Of a DNA stretch of 20,000 nucleotides, positions 15,229 through 20,000 are shown piece after piece (position 1 is the first letter of the stretch; every line of letters starts with the position of its first letter). Location: the IMG/VR virus record IMGVR_UViG_3300025018_000154; one strand, 5' to 3'. This DNA is from an uncultured virus (IMG/VR IMGVR_UViG_3300025018_000154). Its lineage: Duplodnaviria > Heunggongvirae > Uroviricota > Caudoviricetes. The notes beneath the pieces were generated by a model, which had not been told where the DNA came from, did no database searches, and saw only the letters and a program-made list of their open reading frames with translations. Position numbers and translations under genes: made by a program.

Positions 15229-17148
15229 TTAGGCGTGGGCGCGGGTTTCGGTTGTATCGGCCGGGGCCAGCTCGGCCACGCCTAACCGTTCCGCAAGGGC
15301 GGAAACCTCGGCCCACGCGATCCGGTGGCAACCGGCCCGGAATCCGCCGTCGGATTCTACCCGGTCAATTCGGAATTGCCCGACAGGAAGAGTCCGGCCG
15401 TTCGCTTGCCACGCCTCGCCCTTGTCGCGGCACGCCTTCAGGAACCGGAACGCCCGCAAGGCGTGGGCGAGGGGCACGCGCGCCCCTTGCGAGGTTTCCA
15501 GCTCGCCCCCCGTGATCGCCCCGGCCGCGTCGCGTTCGACTCCGTTCGCCCGGATATAGGCGGAACCGTCGGGCAAGGCGCGGGGCGTATGGCGGGCCAG
15601 CTCGGCCGGAACGCGGCCGCCGTCGCGCCATATCCGCAACGCCTCGGCCCGGGCGCGTTCGGTTTCCTCGGCCGCGATCCGGGCAAGCTCGGCCCGTTCG
15701 GTTTTCTCGGCCGCCTTCAGCTTGTCCGCCAGCTCGCGGAACCGTTCGGGAGTCCATCCGGCAACGGCCCACGCCCCCGGGATAGGGTAAAGCGAACCGG
15801 GGCGGAAACCGGCCGAGGCATAACGCCCGGCCGCGCGCGCGCCCTCGGCCATAAGGGCGGCCCGTTCGCCCGGGTTGCCCTCGCCCGCCGGGATTGTCAC
15901 GGCCGCCCGGATTGCCGCCAGCTCGCGACGGCGGGCGGCCCGGGTTTCCGCCTTGCGGCAATCGTCGCCCACGGAGTCCAGCTCGGCCGCCAGCGTATGA
16001 AGGCGGGCCGCCAGCTCGGCCGGGTTGTGCCCCGCGATCCGGGCCGCCGGGGCCGCCCATGCGCCGCGCATGTCATCCGCCGGGATAAGGGCGGCCGCCA
16101 GCTCGCGCGCCTTATCCGCGCCCCGGTCAATATCATATGCGCCCCCGGGCCGGTTGCCGCCCGTTACCTTGACTCGAACCTCGCGCCCCTCGCGGAACGC
16201 CTCGGCCACGCGGACGCCCTCGCGAACGCCCGCAACCCGGCCTCGCCAGATTGCGAGTCGGTTCGCCCTCATGTCCGCCGCGTCAAAGGCGGGCAACGTG
16301 GCCCGGATCGCGGCCCGGACGGCGGACGCCTTGCGAACGCGGGCCACGTGCCCGGCCGCCTTGCCCGCCTTCATTGCGCGCAATATCTCGCGGCCCACGC
16401 TTTCCCATTGGCCCGACTCATATGCGACGGCCCCGCCCTTGCCCGCAACCCGGCGGGCGTCCGCCGTCATACGTTCCACAACCTCGGCCGGATTCGTCCG
16501 GGCGAACCTTGCGAGGGCCGCCAGCTCGGCCCGGGTTTTCGCCTTTGCCTTTTCAACGGCGGCACGCTCGGCCGCCTTGCCCGCCTTTGCCACAATGGCG
16601 GCCGCCCGCCGTTCCGGGTTGTCCGCTTGTGCCGCCTTCAAAACCTCGGCCACGCTGGCGGCAATGTCCGCCCGGCCCTCGGCCGAGGCGTTGCGCGGAT
16701 CGCCGGGCAGGTTGTCCGGTTTCGCAAAATGCGCGGCAAGGCGCGGCACGGCATAGCGGGCAACCTCGCGGGCGTTCGGTTCGCCATATTCCGACGGGAA
16801 ACAACCGGGATTCAGACGGGGCGAGGCATTGCGCAAGGCGTCCGCCAGAATCTCGGCCACGGGATTCAGGTTCGGAATCCAAACGCGGCCCCGGTGGCGG
16901 GTTGCGCTTGCCGCGTTTGAAACGTGCCGCGAGGTTGAAACGGAATAGGAGTCCGCATTGATAAGGGCGACGCCCACGCCCGCCGGATTGCCCGGGGCCG
17001 GGGCCAGATACGCCGCGACATAATGGCGGCCATATGAATAAAGGGCGCGGCCCTCAAAAAATAGATTCCCGTTATGCGAACGCCCCGACTCTTGCGAGAA
17101 TTGCGCGAAAACATGGGCTGTCATAGCGTTGTCAAATACCGTTGCCAT
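15229..17148 (-). CDS. large Ala/Arg-rich hypothetical protein, 639 aa
   Basis: Globular N-terminus (FEGRALYSYGRHY...INADSYSVSTSRH) and C-terminus (ETSQGARVP...VGQFRIDRV...AGCHRI); SD GAAGGA. Confidence 0.85.
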   Translation of the reverse strand: MATVFDNAMTAHVFAQFSQESGRSHNGNLFFEGRALYSYGRHYVAAYLAPAPGNPAGVGVALINADSYSVSTSRHVSNAASATRHRGRVWIPNLNPVAEILADALRNASPRLNPGCFPSEYGEPNAREVARYAVPRLAAHFAKPDNLPGDPRNASAEGRADIAASVAEVLKAAQADNPERRAAAIVAKAGKAAERAAVEKAKAKTRAELAALARFARTNPAEVVERMTADARRVAGKGGAVAYESGQWESVGREILRAMKAGKAAGHVARVRKASAVRAAIRATLPAFDAADMRANRLAIWRGRVAGVREGVRVAEAFREGREVRVKVTGGNRPGGAYDIDRGADKARELAAALIPADDMRGAWAAPAARIAGHNPAELAARLHTLAAELDSVGDDCRKAETRAARRRELAAIRAAVTIPAGEGNPGERAALMAEGARAAGRYASAGFRPGSLYPIPGAWAVAGWTPERFRELADKLKAAEKTERAELARIAAEETERARAEALRIWRDGGRVPAELARHTPRALPDGSAYIRANGVERDAAGAITGGELETSQGARVPLAHALRAFRFLKACRDKGEAWQANGRTLPVGQFRIDRVESDGGFRAGCHRIAWAEVSALAERLGVAELAPADTTETRAHA

Positions 17149-17248
17149 ATCGTGAGTCCTTCAGGTTGTGCCCCTATCCGGGGCGGGTTGTCGCCTCTCA
17201 TGAGGGCGGGAAGGGCGGCCCGTGGGGGCCGCCTAACCGGCCGTCACG
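17149..17248 (-). repeat. conserved structured intergenic element, copy B
   Basis: Same linkers as copy A; hairpin stem/loop sequences differ. Confidence 0.85.
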
Positions 17249-18092
17249 TGACGGGATGGAACCGGGCCAGAATTGCGGCCACGTCGCCCGCTAGGGCCGT
17301 TTCCAGTATCTCGGCCGCGTCCGCCGCGTGATTGCGGGCGGTATCGGAGTCGCCATAATGGGGCGCGCGGATCGCCGCGAGGGCCGCCCGCATTGCCTCG
17401 CGGGCCGCGTTGCGTTCGCTTTCCATGTCCGCCAGCTCGCGAACGGCCGCCGTGCGGGCGTCGGTTGCCTTGTCGGTTTCCTCGGCCCCGAGTCTCTTCA
17501 GCTCGGCCCCGTTGTTCCCGCCCGGGGCGGCCGCGTCGCTGGTGGCATGATAAAACGCCCCGGGCCGGGCATGGAAAACCGCGCGCCATGCGTGCCCGCC
17601 CACGCCCTCGGCCGCGTCGCGGGCGTTAGTCGCGGCATGGTCCGCCAGCACGCCCGCAAGGGCCGCCATTGCGGTTTTCAGGTGCGACGCCTCGCCCTTG
17701 CTAGGCGCGGGGCCGAGGGCGGCCGCGAGGGCGCGGGCGTTGTCCGGTTTCGCGAGGTTTTCCCGGATCGCCTCGGCCGGATTGAGGCGGCCGAGTCCTA
17801 TGTCCGCGAGGGCGCGGCCGAGGTTGTCGGGCGTCGCCTCGCGGATAAGGCGGGCCAGCTCGGCCGCCGGGGGCATTGCCTCGCGTTCGGCACGCTGGCG
17901 GGCGTTGAGTCCGTCAACCTCGGCCGCGAGGCGGGAAAGCTCGGCCAGTGCGATCCGGGGGCCGTCGCCCGTTCCATCCTGAAGGGCCGCGACAAGGGCG
18001 GGCATAATCCCGGCCCACGTGGGCGCGATATTGAGAGTCGCGGCCGTGGGCGAGCTATCGGCCGGGCCGGTCAATTTGATTCGGGTTTCCAT
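17244..18092 (-). CDS. Ala-rich helical hypothetical protein, 282 aa (METRIKL...)
   Basis: SD GAAAGG before ATG 18092; IAPTWAGIMPALVAALQDGT...AELSRLA segment. Confidence 0.8.
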   Translation of the reverse strand: METRIKLTGPADSSPTAATLNIAPTWAGIMPALVAALQDGTGDGPRIALAELSRLAAEVDGLNARQRAEREAMPPAAELARLIREATPDNLGRALADIGLGRLNPAEAIRENLAKPDNARALAAALGPAPSKGEASHLKTAMAALAGVLADHAATNARDAAEGVGGHAWRAVFHARPGAFYHATSDAAAPGGNNGAELKRLGAEETDKATDARTAAVRELADMESERNAAREAMRAALAAIRAPHYGDSDTARNHAADAAEILETALAGDVAAILARFHPVT

Positions 18093-18093
18093 G

Positions 18094-18207
18094 TTATAAC
18101 CTTTCCAGAATTGCCGCGAACGCGGGCAGGTAAGAGATTGAGGCATAAAGGGCGGCCCCGATTGCGGCGAAGGCGAGTCCGTCGCGGATAAGCCCGGGGC
18201 GGTTCAA
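18094..18207 (-). CDS. small membrane peptide, 37 aa (MNRPGLIRDGLAFAAIGAALYASISYLPAFAAILERL), not in ORF track
   Basis: TTG overlaps the upstream TGA; ends 1 nt before the next ATG; one hydrophobic helix. Confidence 0.55.
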   Translation of the reverse strand: MNRPGLIRDGLAFAAIGAALYASISYLPAFAAILERL

Positions 18208-19229
18208 CGGTTCGCCCACGTGCAAAGGGCCATGAGGGCGGCAACGCCCCCGGCATATGCCGCGACGGGATAGGCGAGGGCGAAGGCGCGGGCGGTTTCG
18301 ACATAGGAGTCCAGCGTGCCCGGGGCCGCGTGAAAATGCCCGGCGGCAATCTCGGCCGAGGCGGGCGAGGCGAGGGCGAGGGCCGCGAAGCCGGCGGCAA
18401 CGCCCGCCCGGGCCAGAGTCCAGCGTCCGCCGGGCTGGCGGGTTGCGACAACCTCGCGGGCGTCCGGGGCCATATCGGCCGCCAGCTCGGCCACGGTTTC
18501 GCCGTCCGCCGTGGCAATCGCAAGGGCGAGGCGTTGCCCCTCGGCCGTCATGGGGGCGCGATACTCGGCCGGGCGAACCTGAAGGGCGAAGGCGGCCGCC
18601 AGCTCGGCCGGGATTGCGCCCGCCTTCAGCTCGGCCACGTGGGCCACGATACGCGCCCGGGCCGCCAGCTCGGCCGCCTCGCGTCCGGTTGCGGTTGCGA
18701 TCCGGCGGGCCAGCGAACGCCCGGCGGATTCAAGGGCGGGCACGCTGGCCCGCATGGCGGCCGCCATGACGGCGGAAACCTCGGCCGGGGCCACGGGGGC
18801 CAGCTCGGCCGCAAGGGCGGCACGGCGGGCGGCCCGGATCGCGCGGCACGTTGCGGACGCCTTGAACGTGGCAAAGGTTGCCGCCTCGGCCGTTTCACGG
18901 TTCGCAATCTCGCGGGCGAGGGCGCCGCGTTCCTCGGCCGCCAGCTCGGCCGCCGTCATATCCGACAACCCGGCCCCGGCCCGGACATAGGCGCGAACCT
19001 CGCGGGCCACGGCGGCCCCCGTGGGCGATCCGGCAAAGGTTGCCACGGTTGCGCCATTGATTGCCGCCAGCGTGAAAAGCCCCCGGCCGAGGTAAGGGCG
19101 GGAAAGCGTCGCGGCCGGTTCGCCCTCGGCCGTGCATAGAGTCGCGTGGGTTTCATTGTCCGCCATGACGCGCGCCCGGGGGGCGAGGGGGGCGAGGTTT
19201 TCAAGGCGGGCGGTTGCGAGGTTTTCCAT
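18204..19229 (-). CDS. Ala-rich hypothetical protein, 341 aa (MENLATAR...), C-terminal hydrophobic segments
   Basis: First gene after the 19314-19341 promoter; SD GAAGGA. Confidence 0.8.
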   Translation of the reverse strand: MENLATARLENLAPLAPRARVMADNETHATLCTAEGEPAATLSRPYLGRGLFTLAAINGATVATFAGSPTGAAVAREVRAYVRAGAGLSDMTAAELAAEERGALAREIANRETAEAATFATFKASATCRAIRAARRAALAAELAPVAPAEVSAVMAAAMRASVPALESAGRSLARRIATATGREAAELAARARIVAHVAELKAGAIPAELAAAFALQVRPAEYRAPMTAEGQRLALAIATADGETVAELAADMAPDAREVVATRQPGGRWTLARAGVAAGFAALALASPASAEIAAGHFHAAPGTLDSYVETARAFALAYPVAAYAGGVAALMALCTWANR

Positions 19230-19267
19230 ATTGCGAGTCCTTCAGGTTGTGCCCCGGGGGGCGGGTT
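19230..19267 (-). repeat. 3' part of the intergenic element, copy C
   Basis: AACCCGCCCCCCGGGGCACAACCTGAAGGACTC identical to copy A. Confidence 0.85.
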
Positions 19268-19313
19268 TCGGGGCCAGCGGGCGAATCGCCACGCCGCAAC
19301 CCCTTGCCCCCGG

Positions 19314-19341
19314 ATTATACATGCGCGGCCGCCATTGGCAA
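19314..19341 (-). promoter_or_regulatory. sigma70-like early promoter TTGCCA-N16-TATAAT
   Basis: Perfect -10 in very GC-rich DNA, at the head of the island operon. Confidence 0.7.
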
Positions 19342-19396
19342 CCCACGGGCCACAATGCGCGAACGCGCCCGGCGGGCCGTCATGAGGGGGGCACGT

Positions 19397-19470
19397 GGGC
19401 CATGCGATCCGGGGGCCATGCGATCCGGGGGCCATGCGATCCGGGGGCCATGCGATCCGGGGGCCATGCG
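19397..19470. repeat. 16-bp tandem repeat GGGCCATGCGATCCGG x4.6
   Basis: CATGCG at 19401, 19417, 19433, 19449, 19465. Confidence 0.95.
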
Positions 19471-19694
19471 CCAGCGGGAGTCGCATGGCGGGCACGCTCG
19501 GCCGAGGGGGGCACGGGATAGGGGCGGAACCGTGGGCGGGATTCCATCTGGCGGAATTGAGGGGGGCGAGGGCGTGGGCCGGGGGCCGGGTTGCGGGGCG
19601 TGGGCCAGCTCGGCCGAGGGGGCGAGGGCGGGGGCGTCATGAGGCGGGGCCAGCTCGGCCGCGTCGCCCGGCATGGGGGCACAAGGCGAGGGGG

Positions 19695-19746
19695 CGGAAC
19701 CGTGGGCCGGAACCGTGGGGCGGAACCGTGGGCCGGAACCGTGGGC
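19695..19746. repeat. 13-bp tandem repeat CGGAACCGTGGG(C/G) x4 (fifth copy at 19525)
   Basis: Starts at 19695, 19708, 19721, 19734. Confidence 0.95.
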
Positions 19747-19853
19747 GTGCCCGGGCTGGCGGGCGTGGGGCCAGCTCGGCCGAGGGCGGGGCCGTCATGA
19801 GGGGGCCGGGGCGCGTGCCCGGGGGGCCGTCTATCGGGGGGCCGTGGGGGCCA

Positions 19854-19949
19854 GCGTTCCCGCCTTTACCGCCGTTCCCGTGGGGCGAGGGGGCGGGCAA
19901 TCATGGGGGCCGTGGGGCGGGCGTTCCCGACGTTACCGCCGTTCCCGTG
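19854..19949. repeat. 29-bp imperfect direct repeat GCGTTCCCGnnnTTACCGCCGTTCCCGTG x2
   Basis: 19854-19882 and 19921-19949, each preceded by GGGGGCCGTGGGG. Confidence 0.85.
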
Positions 19950-20000
19950 ACCGCTCGGGTCCTCCCCCGCCTGCTGGGTCGTCCGGGGGGTGCGCGGAGC

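Noticed and set aside
14815..17248. Intergenic elements as integron attC sites
   Set aside because: Not a single long imperfect palindrome with RYYYAAC/GTTRRRY ends; no integrase in the window
15325..19139. + strand ORFs in the island (15325..16920, 17328..18191, 18330..19139)
   Set aside because: Antisense to the RBS-supported minus-strand operon
19315..19900. Pro-rich ORFs in the right repeat block
   Set aside because: Products of tandem repeats upstream of the promoter; no coding signal

Overview
The window is part of a GC-rich tailed phage genome, probably infecting an alphaproteobacterium (inferred from the Rhodobacteraceae-type NrdJ and GANTC use). All credible genes are on the minus strand, and the window has two very different halves. 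(1) 1-12.7 kb is a dense nucleotide-metabolism/accessory region: acyl carrier protein, thyX, DUF550 pyrophosphohydrolase, a stand-alone Topo VI-A-like (Mini-A) protein, a broken collagen-like gene, DUF932, class II RNR nrdJ with a Gln-terminated LAGLIDADG intein, an HD nucleotidase and small hypotheticals. A repeated TTGATTGTCYAC promoter occurs three times here. (2) About 12.95-19.95 kb is a sharply bounded ~7 kb island holding one operon of Ala-rich unknown proteins. Its DNA is nearly purged of several common 4-mers (GCAG, GACC, CACC, GGAG, GATG, CTAC and complements), enriched in GANTC, and seeded with a strictly one-orientation motif (GCC)AGCTCGGCC in both coding and non-coding DNA. It is flanked by two related G-rich repeat blocks and punctuated by a conserved multi-hairpin intergenic element. 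My best interpretation (inference) is a first-injected or terminal-repeat 'pre-early' segment shaped to evade host defences. All motif counts are manual and approximate.
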